Source: a virus (Duplodnaviria; Caudoviricetes). From it: a stretch of 64,000 bases of DNA. How positions within the stretch are numbered: position 1 is the first letter of the stretch; the number at the start of each line of letters is the position of its first letter. Below the pieces are notes generated by a model. That model was not told the origin of the DNA, made no database searches, and saw only the letters and a program-made list of their open reading frames with translations. Position numbers and translations under genes: made by a program. Below are positions 27,237-35,936 of the stretch, in pieces. The stretch lies in IMG/VR virus record IMGVR_UViG_3300023174_000037, one strand, 5' to 3'.

Positions 27237-28349
27237 TCAGTTCTGCTTTAATGTTATAACAGTAGATCCACCGGCATTGACACGATTTTTAAATTCCAAT
27301 ACTCCTTGTGTCATATAGATAGTTGAATTTTGATTCTTAGGCACAGTTACACTTTGTATATTACTACTGTCGTCTCTACTAAGAGTAACTGTGTTATCAT
27401 CTACGGCGGCAATGATTCCTGTGATGGCTTGATAATCTGGTAATAGGCCACTGCTGGTGGTATTCAATAAATTTAACTGTGCGGCCATTTGTGCGTTGAT
27501 AAGATCCAACACATTGACCAAAAAATCCTGATCCAATAGATTAGTTCTTAGTGTGTCTTTAAATACAGGTTCTTGTGCGTCAAACGCATTAACTAGTCCA
27601 TTTTCTTTGAGAAAATCTACATCCAGTGCGCCTTTGACTGATATTCTAGTTTCTCGATTTTCTACAAATTCTCTAGGTGGTGCCACAATTAACATATTAT
27701 TAATAGCATCAATGCTTAAATTTAATACCACCGGTTTGGTTGGTAATACACCGCGAGTGTCAACTTTGGTGGCCTGATAAGGTCGATTTAAAATAACCGA
27801 TCCAGCATCAGTGGTTACTGAGATTTCTCCAGTCTTGCAATCACGCTCAACATCGCGCCAGCCAAAAGGACAACTAGGTAGTAGTATAACCGTGCTTGCA
27901 CCTAGTTCGTCTACAGTAGCAGTAAAATCAGTGCCGCGGACAGCAATAGTAGCAGTTGGGGTGTTAATTGAGACTTTAGATGGATCGTTCTTAGCAATAG
28001 ATCCACTAGCATATCTAACAGTGCCCGAGGCCATGTTGAGAGCCAGCTTGCCCGCTTGAGGCTTTTTAGGGTCATAGACAAAGTCGTCAATGACCAATCG
28101 ACTATTTTCATTTACTTGTACCTGTGTGTTGTCTGCAAAAGTTATTCCAGCTTTACCCCGGGCGGTCCTTACTTCGTCCTGCATCTCCACTCCGGTACCT
28201 TTGGTTCCAGTCAGCGTCGTCTTCTGTCGTTGTATCGAAGGCGGGGTGTTCACTTGTTCCGTCACGGTCCCGATCGCGGCGTTTGAGATCGTTGATATAC
28301 TGAGCAAGAGTAAGAATAGTATCGGGTTGCATAACTGGCTCCTTTTCAC
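27237..28349 (-). CDS. FecR-domain protein, secreted/periplasmic
   Basis: Signal peptide; D.VRTARGKAGITFADNTQVQVNENSRL, GTVRY, INTPTATIAVRGTDF. Confidence 0.85.
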   Translation of the reverse strand: MKRSQLCNPILFLLLLSISTISNAAIGTVTEQVNTPPSIQRQKTTLTGTKGTGVEMQDEVRTARGKAGITFADNTQVQVNENSRLVIDDFVYDPKKPQAGKLALNMASGTVRYASGSIAKNDPSKVSINTPTATIAVRGTDFTATVDELGASTVILLPSCPFGWRDVERDCKTGEISVTTDAGSVILNRPYQATKVDTRGVLPTKPVVLNLSIDAINNMLIVAPPREFVENRETRISVKGALDVDFLKENGLVNAFDAQEPVFKDTLRTNLLDQDFLVNVLDLINAQMAAQLNLLNTTSSGLLPDYQAITGIIAAVDDNTVTLSRDDSSNIQSVTVPKNQNSTIYMTQGVLEFKNRVNAGGSTVITLKQN

Positions 28350-28360
28350 TTATATACCTT

Positions 28361-29194
28361 TTATCGATTATATTGTTGTATACTAAATGTGTTACCACTA
28401 CCGGCACTTTTAACATTAGCAATATTATCACCGGCTGCGCCTTGCTGTTGTATGCCAACTGTGTTGCCAGAACCCAATAACTCCACAACTGCTTGATGTC
28501 CGGACCCACCACCAGTTTGTTGCACTGTGACTGCGTTAGTTGATCCTCCTGCGGTTACACTAGCAGAGCCACCAGGGCTTTGTAGGTCTAAACTAATATT
28601 GTTGCCAGCACCCAAGGTTGTTGTAATACTACCTGTAATATTGTCACCAACCATTCCAATAGTTGCTGAGTTGTTGGCTCCGCCCGAAGTGTCAATTGTA
28701 GCTGTGTTGCCAGCACCACGTGACATAACATTGGCTGTGGCGGCATTGCCATCTTGTGTTATGTTAATAGTGTTGGCATTGCCCGGCGTTTGTGCAGAAC
28801 CAATGTCAATGATAGCATTAGAATTCATACTGTTAGTCAACGCATAGTTAACCGTGGTTGTTCCGGTAGTATTGGCCACCGCTAATTTTACTGTATTACC
28901 ACTGCCGATTTGACTTACACTAACTTGATTACCATCGCCCATAATTGACGCTGGGGTAGTATTCCCAGTGCCAGCCCCTGGCAGTCCCCTTACTACGTTT
29001 CCACTTCCGTCCTGCGTGACTGTAACCGTGGCGTTATCTCCGGCTTGATCAATGTAAATGCTATTGTCAGCGGCCAGCGCCGCGCCCGTTACCAGCATCA
29101 CAGCCGATAATAGTATTGCGAATAATTTTCTCGGCCATCCGCCACTGCCTGTTCTGCTATATTTCATAATATACCAAATTGAGTTGGCAGACAA
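28361..29194 (-). CDS. Curlin-like repeat protein (CsgA-like), secreted (start may be 29167)
   Basis: Signal peptide ending ALA; Q-x-G-x-G-N type repeats (QAGDN, QDGSGN, QIGSGN, LGSGN, QQGAAGDN, AGSGN). Confidence 0.75.
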   Translation of the reverse strand: MSANSIWYIMKYSRTGSGGWPRKLFAILLSAVMLVTGAALAADNSIYIDQAGDNATVTVTQDGSGNVVRGLPGAGTGNTTPASIMGDGNQVSVSQIGSGNTVKLAVANTTGTTTVNYALTNSMNSNAIIDIGSAQTPGNANTINITQDGNAATANVMSRGAGNTATIDTSGGANNSATIGMVGDNITGSITTTLGAGNNISLDLQSPGGSASVTAGGSTNAVTVQQTGGGSGHQAVVELLGSGNTVGIQQQGAAGDNIANVKSAGSGNTFSIQQYNR

Positions 29195-29230
29195 AGTCTG
29201 TACCCCAATTCTTTCCCTGGGCCATGCCCG

Positions 29231-30400
29231 TTATTTTACTACCAGTGAGGATCTTTTTACAAATCCTCGTTTGCCATCTCTGGCCACCACTGCAACCCAG
29301 TCCCCCTCGGCTGGACTTACTTTTAATTCGGTGTTTGCTTTCAACCACCAGGTACGTTGACTTTTTTCATTAGTTTCTTTGTAAATGTAGCTATCTGCTA
29401 CAAGATACATTATTAAATCTGACGCGGCTGGCGATGTCATAACTGGTTCTTCTTTCTTTGCTTCTACCACAGGTGCTGCTCTAATTGGTTCTTCTTTCTT
29501 TGCTTCTACCACAGGTGCTGCTCGAACTGGTTCAACCACTGTGGGTGTTTGAACCACAGGCGGCGGATCTTTTTTAAAGTCCCATACACCTTTCTTTTCG
29601 CCTTCTTTGATCAGTTCAACCACAGCGGCTTCAACAGTGGCTTTGACGGCCAGGGTGCCAGGTTCGTTAATGGTCAAGCCTGACTCTGCTTCAAACATGC
29701 TTCCAGTTAAACTGTTAACATTATTGGCATTGCCAAAAATTCCTCCAGCAATATTTTTGTTATCAATATATTTTAACACCGCGACCGAATCTGCTGTGCT
29801 GTAAACAATTTTGGTTACAGTTATGGCTGCAAGCACCTTGCCGGTGTTTACGCTAACGGCTCGTAGACTCACGGTCACGGTGTCTTTTGAATATTGTGTT
29901 TGCGGACCAATACCCAAGAATCTATAAGCGGCTCCGCCTGACTCAGATCCTGAGTCGTAACCAATAATACCACCATCCATGATGATACCGGCAAACATCA
30001 ACGGCATCAACGGCTTGGCATCTTTGCCTTCGTAGGCTTCACGCATCTGACGAATGATTGTGCGTTCTTTGGTCAAGGCATCAATGTTTACACGTTCGAC
30101 TACATCAAACCATTGTCCACGTCCCACATCTTGCAAGGCCTTGATTAGGAACACTTCCCCGCCTTGGGTTACTGCCGAGCTTAAACTGGCTATGCCCGGA
30201 GTAGGTTTGCGCTGACCTGTCTTGTCAGCAAAACTGTAAACTGCCACAGTGACCTTTTTGCCAGCGGGCGCCGGCAGTGTATCAAATTCTTTTTGTAGTT
30301 TGTTGACAGCCACCTCGGGTTTATACTCAACGCCCATTTTCTGAGATACAGCACACCCAGACAATATCAACACGGAGAGGACGATTAATATCTGTTTCAT
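29231..30400 (-). CDS. csgG: Curli secretion channel CsgG lipoprotein with C-terminal SH3-like extension
   Basis: LSGC lipobox; VAVYSFADKTGQRK, AVTQG...LIKAL, WFDVVER..IDALTKER.IIR, GGIIGYD, VTVSLRAVSVNTG; Pro-rich linker; W......G.RGFV tail. Confidence 0.9.
   Translation of the reverse strand: MKQILIVLSVLILSGCAVSQKMGVEYKPEVAVNKLQKEFDTLPAPAGKKVTVAVYSFADKTGQRKPTPGIASLSSAVTQGGEVFLIKALQDVGRGQWFDVVERVNIDALTKERTIIRQMREAYEGKDAKPLMPLMFAGIIMDGGIIGYDSGSESGGAAYRFLGIGPQTQYSKDTVTVSLRAVSVNTGKVLAAITVTKIVYSTADSVAVLKYIDNKNIAGGIFGNANNVNSLTGSMFEAESGLTINEPGTLAVKATVEAAVVELIKEGEKKGVWDFKKDPPPVVQTPTVVEPVRAAPVVEAKKEEPIRAAPVVEAKKEEPVMTSPAASDLIMYLVADSYIYKETNEKSQRTWWLKANTELKVSPAEGDWVAVVARDGKRGFVKRSSLVVK
29444..29533. 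repeat. 42-bp tandem repeat (2.1 copies) in the csgG linker
   Basis: tggttcttctttctttgcttctaccacaggtgctgctc(t/g)aa(t/c), encoding (V/I)RAAPVVEAKKEEP twice. Confidence 0.9.
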
Positions 30401-30883
30401 TTAATTTCCAAACTGGAATGATCCCAACGGAACTGTGACCGTGGTTTGATTGCCAATGGTATCAGTGACCTGGAGATAGATATTCGTACTATCCTTGTTC
30501 CAGAATATTGTGTTACCTTCAAAGTTTAATGTTCCACTACACCCTACACTGTTACTGCCCGAGCAGTTGTTGTTGGCAAACATGGCCGTGGCCAAGTTCT
30601 GACTTATTTGAGCGTAGATACGCGACTCCAAGTTGTTCATGAACTTGGCAATGTTGGTATTACCAGCCGCAGCCGCGGCCTTGTCCAGGGCGGCCTGTAT
30701 GTCCTTGGCCACTTGAGCCCGTCGAGTATTTTCTTGGTTTTCAATAGTCAACACATGACTGCTATATCCACTGCCGTTGAAACTTGGACTCTTAAATGTA
30801 TAGTCATTAATGGGTGTCGCAGTGGCGGCAAAAGATAGCCATAGGCTAACCAGACCGAGTATTTTATTCTTATTATTTTGCAT
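30401..30883 (-). CDS. csgF: Curli assembly protein CsgF-like
   Basis: Signal peptide, YTFKSPSFNG..Y.SH.LTIENQE, F.NNLESRIYAQIS, final TTVTVP; immediately upstream of csgG. Confidence 0.75.
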   Translation of the reverse strand: MQNNKNKILGLVSLWLSFAATATPINDYTFKSPSFNGSGYSSHVLTIENQENTRRAQVAKDIQAALDKAAAAAGNTNIAKFMNNLESRIYAQISQNLATAMFANNNCSGSNSVGCSGTLNFEGNTIFWNKDSTNIYLQVTDTIGNQTTVTVPLGSFQFGN

Positions 30884-30938
30884 ACTCTAGCTCCTATTAG
30901 TATTTAACAGAATCTAGTGCAAGAGTTATGTGGTGGTT

Positions 30939-31223
30939 TTACGACTTTTTGTTTATTTGTTTTTCAGCATCTACACGCTCGTGCTCAATGGTTTTGCCAC
31001 GTAAGTGTAGCACAGTGTTGACCTTTTGATTTAAACGAATCAAGTCGTTATCCAGCATACGGATACGATCAATAAGTGCTATTAGAACGGCATTAGCGTC
31101 GCTGATCACTGGCTTAATCTCTTTGGTAGCCCATTCCCAAACATACTTGATAATGAAGCCCATGCCAACTGCCATGACAATTGGAAAGCCATATTTGTTT
31201 ACCAAGTTTACTATGTCACCCAT
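30939..31223 (-). CDS. Small membrane/coiled-coil protein (paralog of 32205-32486)
   Basis: YGFPIV.A.GMG TM then LIDRIRMLDNDLIRL. Confidence 0.65.
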   Translation of the reverse strand: MGDIVNLVNKYGFPIVMAVGMGFIIKYVWEWATKEIKPVISDANAVLIALIDRIRMLDNDLIRLNQKVNTVLHLRGKTIEHERVDAEKQINKKS

Positions 31224-31360
31224 TACGCGATCCAGCCTACAACAACGCCTGCTACAAATGCTATCAAGGCAAACTTGGCTAAATCTATATCAGTCCAAAT
31301 TTGATGATTGTACCCATACTCGGCGATGCTGTTGGGTAAATGATTTGGTTGTTTATTCAT
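31223..31360 (-). CDS. Small membrane protein, 45 aa (not in track)
   Basis: MNKQPNHL...DLAKFALIAFVAGVVVGWIA*, coupled to both neighbours. Confidence 0.5.
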   Translation of the reverse strand: MNKQPNHLPNSIAEYGYNHQIWTDIDLAKFALIAFVAGVVVGWIA

Positions 31361-32208
31361 TTTTGTTCTCCGTCTTTTAAAAACTTTTCTAATTTACTAA
31401 CTTTAACTAGCATGGCTCGACCGTCAACATTAGTAACTTTAAAATAGTCGCCGTGATGCCATCCTAGCTTATCTATATTAAGTTCTGGATCAAACTTAAT
31501 ATATTCAGGTTCTAAATCCCACTCGTAGTCATAGTGCCTCATAGCAAGTAATCTCCATCAGCACGTTCCTTAACTTCAGGGCAACAATCTCCCCATTTCA
31601 ATAAAAATTCTGTTAATATCGGGCCTTCAGGAATCCAGAATCGTGTACGATTAAGATGTAGTTCGTATTTGGTCAAAGTTGAATCAAGCCAGCCAGCAAC
31701 TTGTAAGAACTTAGGATCTTTTGTGTAAACACAATATTGACGTATCACTTTAGTGTACCTTGTTGTTTGGCGGCCAGCATTCGAAACCATTCTTTTTTCA
31801 TCTCAACATCGTGTCTGATTTGAGTCAAGCGATCTTCACCATCAATTTTTGTATAGATGTATAATAACACCGCAATAAAACTAAACAAACATATAGCGTA
31901 TAACTGATCAGCTGTGAATGTAATTGTGAATGTCATTTTATTGCCTTGTTATACTCACTAAGACGATCTGCACATGCACGGATATCAGCACTTAACTCGC
32001 CCGCTCCAATTTTTTGTGCAACTTTACGAGCAATGTCATGTAAACGTATAACCAGATATTCGATATCAAAATCCATTGTGTCGGCTCCTTGTTTTAAAAA
32101 TTTTTCTAGTTTTCTTGTTCGGGCTTCTTCATCGTGCTGGGCCATATACTGCTCAATGATTTCTTTGTTGTTGTGAATATAATTCCAACGCTGTTGAGTA
32201 TTCATCAA
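31357..32208 (-). CDS. Run of four small coupled hypothetical ORFs (31357-31542, 31539-31790, 31745-31936, 31933-32208)
   Basis: Overlapping start/stop codons in one direction; no recognisable family. Confidence 0.5.
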
Positions 32209-32486
32209 TCTCTCCTGGCATCTTCTTTGCCGTCTGCACGAGCAATACGGTCTGTATCAGGTTTCAATCCCAGAGCATTGCTGACAATGGTATCAATGCG
32301 AATAACATCGTGATTCATGGTTTTTACGCGATTGTCTAAAGCTGTGATAATGCCGGCCATGCCTTTGACTGCTGACAAAACGCCAGCTAACAACAGTTTG
32401 ATTGTGAGATATACAAAGTAGCCACCGGCGAGTGCGGCAGCAATCGGAAAACCCAGATCTCCGATGATCTTAAATGCTTCATTCAT
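32205..32486 (-). CDS. Small membrane/coiled-coil protein (paralog of 30939-31223)
   Basis: LGFPIAAALAGG TM then LDNRVKTMNHDVIRI. Confidence 0.65.
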   Translation of the reverse strand: MNEAFKIIGDLGFPIAAALAGGYFVYLTIKLLLAGVLSAVKGMAGIITALDNRVKTMNHDVIRIDTIVSNALGLKPDTDRIARADGKEDARRD

Positions 32487-32607
32487 ACCAGCTCCTTTTA
32501 GAGTCTTATTATTATACAGATATTTAGTTTATATGGTCATATTAAGGTAAACGGCGTATATTACTCCTAAATGTTACGCCGCCGCCAAACCGGCTTTAAA
32601 TACACAT

Positions 32608-33399
32608 ATGAAATTTGCATTTGATTTAATTTCAGATTTACACGTTGAAACTTGGCCCGACTTTGATTGGACCGGGCAAGCCACGGCTCCTTATTGCGTA
32701 GTAACCGGCGATGTTGCCCGTGACAGAGACGTGTTGATCAGCACACTAACACACCTTGGAAAATGCTATCCGGGCGGAGTGTTTTATATCGACGGCAATG
32801 AAGAACACAAAGATTACTACGAAGATCTAGGCGAAAGCTATCGTGATTTGTATCACCGAGTAAGTCAAATTAAAAACGTAGTTTATCTTCAAGACAATGT
32901 GGTCATTGTCAATGGCGTGGCCATACTAGGAACCAATGGCTGGTGGACATATGATTTTGATCCGTGTATGAGTGTGGATCAAAGCGTTATGCATATTCAA
33001 CAGCATTTTCATATTAGTAATTCTGCGGCTACTAGTATAACCGGCATAGCTTATCATGATGCGGCTTACTTGATCAAGAGTGTGCAAAAACTACAAAAAC
33101 ACAGTGACGTAAAAGCAATAGTTTTAGTCAGCCATACTGTTCCGGCGCCGTGGATAATCGCGCATGATCTAGATCTGGTAGATACTTGGAGATTTAATGG
33201 TATGGGAAATACTCATATTGCCAGATCCATTGAAGAAGATACCGAAAACAAAATTAAAACATGGTGTTTTGGACACTATCATCGACCCGTAGACCAACAA
33301 CTGGGCGGAATACAATATCTAAGTAATCCCAGAGGACGAGGAAATACTCCATGGCATCAATCCACGTTCTATCCTCGACGCATAGAGATTGACGTTTAG
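32608..33399 (+). CDS. Calcineurin-like metallophosphoesterase
   Basis: SDLH, GDV, GNEEH (variant of GNHE), SHTVP, GHYH. Confidence 0.85.
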   Translation: MKFAFDLISDLHVETWPDFDWTGQATAPYCVVTGDVARDRDVLISTLTHLGKCYPGGVFYIDGNEEHKDYYEDLGESYRDLYHRVSQIKNVVYLQDNVVIVNGVAILGTNGWWTYDFDPCMSVDQSVMHIQQHFHISNSAATSITGIAYHDAAYLIKSVQKLQKHSDVKAIVLVSHTVPAPWIIAHDLDLVDTWRFNGMGNTHIARSIEEDTENKIKTWCFGHYHRPVDQQLGGIQYLSNPRGRGNTPWHQSTFYPRRIEIDV

Positions 33400-33704
33400 A
33401 CTGTCTCGGGTTCTAGTTTGATTTGCAACGGATAGTTGTTGTTGCGGGCTTGAACAGTTACTTCAATGCCTTTTTGTTCAGCTATTTCATACGGTAATAC
33501 CGCAACCACTGCACTGCCTTCTTGGTGAATATCAATAGTGATCTTCTCAGCAGTTTCTGTATTGTAATTGAATGAGTCAATCAAGGTCTCAATTACAAAT
33601 TCCATAGGTGTAGCATTGTCATTTAGATAAATCAGCTTGAACATGGGTGGTTCTGTGAGTCCCACATTAACTTGTGTTTTTGTTATTGTTCCAATTTGTG
33701 ACAT
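33396..33704 (-). CDS. clpS: ATP-dependent Clp protease adaptor ClpS (start corrected to 33704)
   Basis: PPMFKLIYLNDNATPMEFVIETL, IH.EGSAVV...YEIAEQK, YPL...LEP. Confidence 0.9.
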   Translation of the reverse strand: MSQIGTITKTQVNVGLTEPPMFKLIYLNDNATPMEFVIETLIDSFNYNTETAEKITIDIHQEGSAVVAVLPYEIAEQKGIEVTVQARNNNYPLQIKLEPETV

Positions 33705-33766
33705 CTCAGATCCTTTAAAGGTAGCAGTAGAGAGCACATGCCCTCTACTGTATTTACTATATTATA

Positions 33767-34213
33767 TTACTTCTTGTAGGTAATAGCAATAGTTTTAGGC
33801 TTCATTGCTTCAGGAATCTGACGTTCCAAGCTAACAGTAAGAATACCGTCTCGGCTAGTAGCATCAGTTACTTCAACATAATCAGCCAATGTAAATGTGC
33901 GAATAAAACGTCGGGCACTGATGCCTTGATATTCATATGCATATCCTTCGGGCAGATCAGTAGTTTCCTTTTCACCGGTAATAACCAATTGTCCGTCGTT
34001 TACATTAACTGTAACTTCACCTTGTGTAAAACCAGCAACAGCCACTTGAATTTCGTAGGTGCTCTCGCCTGTTTTTACAATATTGTAAGGTGGGTAGTTA
34101 GTTGTTGAGGAAGCCGCAGTATCAATTTGATGCATCATACGATCAAATAATCGGTCTACACCAATTGAGTTGCGATAGAATGGATTGAGATCCAGAGTTG
34201 TGATTTTTGTCAT
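33767..34213 (-). CDS. Small heat shock protein Hsp20 (IbpA-like; start corrected to 34213)
   Basis: SIGVDRLFD, NYPPYNIVK, AVAGF, YQGISARRF.RTF.L, GIL.V.LER.IPE..KP..IAI. Confidence 0.95.
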   Translation of the reverse strand: MTKITTLDLNPFYRNSIGVDRLFDRMMHQIDTAASSTTNYPPYNIVKTGESTYEIQVAVAGFTQGEVTVNVNDGQLVITGEKETTDLPEGYAYEYQGISARRFIRTFTLADYVEVTDATSRDGILTVSLERQIPEAMKPKTIAITYKK

Positions 34214-34219
34214 TGTTTT

Positions 34220-34285
34220 CTCCTTTGTTAAGCAAGTGACATATACAGTAGACCCGACCATCGGCATCTACATAGTATATTTATA
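34220..34285 (-). promoter_or_regulatory. hsp20 late-type promoter plus structured ROSE-like leader
   Basis: TATAAATA (34285-34278), GUAGA-UGCCGAUGGUCGGG-UCUAC hairpin, UUGCU-UAACAA-AGGAG. Confidence 0.65.
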
Positions 34286-34291
34286 ACACAT

Positions 34292-34516
34292 TTACCACCG
34301 TCTGTCAACAAGTCGATACTCAAATTGGCTGTTCCAAGTTGTGGCAAACACAGTATAGAAACGGTCTTGATCAAAGGCCAATCTATGTGTATATTTTATT
34401 GTTTTTTGTGTGTAAGGAATGTTGTAGCGAGTCGCCCAATCAACTATATCAAGGCGTATAAGATTTAAAACAAACCCATAACTTTCGTCCTGAGGCAATG
34501 CAAATTCTACAAACAC
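34292..34516 (-). CDS. Hypothetical protein (GTG start just after the rpsU stop)
   Basis: The longer track ORF overlaps rpsU; a GTG at 34516 gives 74 aa. Confidence 0.5.
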   Translation of the reverse strand: MFVEFALPQDESYGFVLNLIRLDIVDWATRYNIPYTQKTIKYTHRLAFDQDRFYTVFATTWNSQFEYRLVDRRW

Positions 34517-34517
34517 A

Positions 34518-34739
34518 TTAGTAGAGTTTTTTTGGAAGTTGTTGGTCGCGCAGTTTTTTGCGCCAGCGGGCACGGGCCGCACCTTTTTTGCGTTTACGCT
34601 CAGTGGTGGGTTTTTCGTAGGTTTCTCGTGATCGTAGTTCATCCAAGAGTCCAGACTCTTGTATCTTTTTCTTGAACTTGCGTAGAGCTTTTTCTAAGTG
34701 TCCGTCAACTACTCGGACTGATTTTTTAAACTCTTTCAC
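34518..34739 (-). CDS. rpsU: 30S ribosomal protein bS21
   Basis: [11 protein letters not shown]...G...[29 protein letters not shown]. Confidence 0.93.
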   Translation of the reverse strand: MKEFKKSVRVVDGHLEKALRKFKKKIQESGLLDELRSRETYEKPTTERKRKKGAARARWRKKLRDQQLPKKLY

Positions 34740-35935
34740 AAATTTTCCTGTATTAGTGTCATAGGAGTATTTACCTGGGTTTTATTGATTGTGACCTGCA
34801 GGATAGATTGCTTACGATACCTGGGCAAATCAAACATGTGAGGTAGCAATACTCGCTCTAATTCGCTGTGTAGTCCTCTGGCACCGGTTCGAGTTTGCAG
34901 TGTGCGTTCAGCAATAATATCTAAACTTTCAGGATCAAATTCCAATGCCACATCGTCTTGGTTAAACAACCATTTGTATTGTTCTACAAAATTGCCTTTT
35001 ACTTCAGTTAATATGTTGACCAACTGTTGTTTGGTCAGGTCATGTAAATTTACATAACTGTTAAACCTACCTACAAATTCAGGAATCATTCCATACTTGA
35101 CCAAGTCATCTGGTGTAGCAGGTTGAGTGCCTGGTTGATTTTTAGAACCAATGGTTGCACCAAAGCCCATGGCGGTTCCTTGCACTCGATTTTGTATGAC
35201 ACGGTCTAATCCCACAAATGCGCCACTGGCAACAAACAAAATGTTTGTAGTATCAATTTCGACCATTTCTGAACTGCTGGTTTTTTTAGTGCCATGTGCT
35301 GAGATTCTACATTTGGTTCCTTCGACTAGTTTAAGTAGAGCTTGCTGGACACCCTCGCCCGATACATCTCGGCTTACGGTGGCACTTTCACTCTTGCGAG
35401 CAATTTTGTCAATTTCATCCAAAAACACAATGCCACGTTGGCATCGTTCTACATCACCATCTGCGGCGGTGTATAAACGAGCAATCATGCTTTCTACATC
35501 ATCCCCTACATAGCCGGCTTCAGTCAAGCAAGTAGCATCGGCAATAACAAATGGCACATTGAGATACTGAGCAACAGTTCGTGCCATCAGTGTTTTACCT
35601 GTGCCAGTAGGGCCAATCATGAGTATGTTAGATTTAACAATAGTCGAGTCTGCACGACTAATGCGTTTGTAGTGATTAGCAATGGCCACACCAAGTATAA
35701 TTTTAGCTTCGTCCTGACCCACCACATGTTGATCAAGATAATCTCTCACATCCTTGGGGTCTATAACTGTGGGTGATTTTGAATTTGTTTGTGCAGCGGG
35801 TGCGGTGTCTTTAAGTAGGCCGTCACAAAGATCTACACATTCATTACATATGGCCACTTTGTGACTTACAATCAATTTACCAACACGATCTTTGTGCTTG
35901 TCGCAAAAACTGCAATGCTCAATAGCCAGGCTCAT
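34736..35935 (-). CDS. clpX: ATP-dependent Clp protease ATP-binding subunit ClpX
   Basis: CSFC..CNEC zinc finger, [40 protein letters not shown] loop, GARGL. Confidence 0.96.
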   Translation of the reverse strand: MSLAIEHCSFCDKHKDRVGKLIVSHKVAICNECVDLCDGLLKDTAPAAQTNSKSPTVIDPKDVRDYLDQHVVGQDEAKIILGVAIANHYKRISRADSTIVKSNILMIGPTGTGKTLMARTVAQYLNVPFVIADATCLTEAGYVGDDVESMIARLYTAADGDVERCQRGIVFLDEIDKIARKSESATVSRDVSGEGVQQALLKLVEGTKCRISAHGTKKTSSSEMVEIDTTNILFVASGAFVGLDRVIQNRVQGTAMGFGATIGSKNQPGTQPATPDDLVKYGMIPEFVGRFNSYVNLHDLTKQQLVNILTEVKGNFVEQYKWLFNQDDVALEFDPESLDIIAERTLQTRTGARGLHSELERVLLPHMFDLPRYRKQSILQVTINKTQVNTPMTLIQENL

Positions 35936-35936
35936 G

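Noticed and set aside
29444-29533. 42-bp tandem repeat considered as a CRISPR array
   Set aside because: Only two adjacent copies, no spacers, in frame within csgG. No repeat-spacer array or cas gene was seen in the window.
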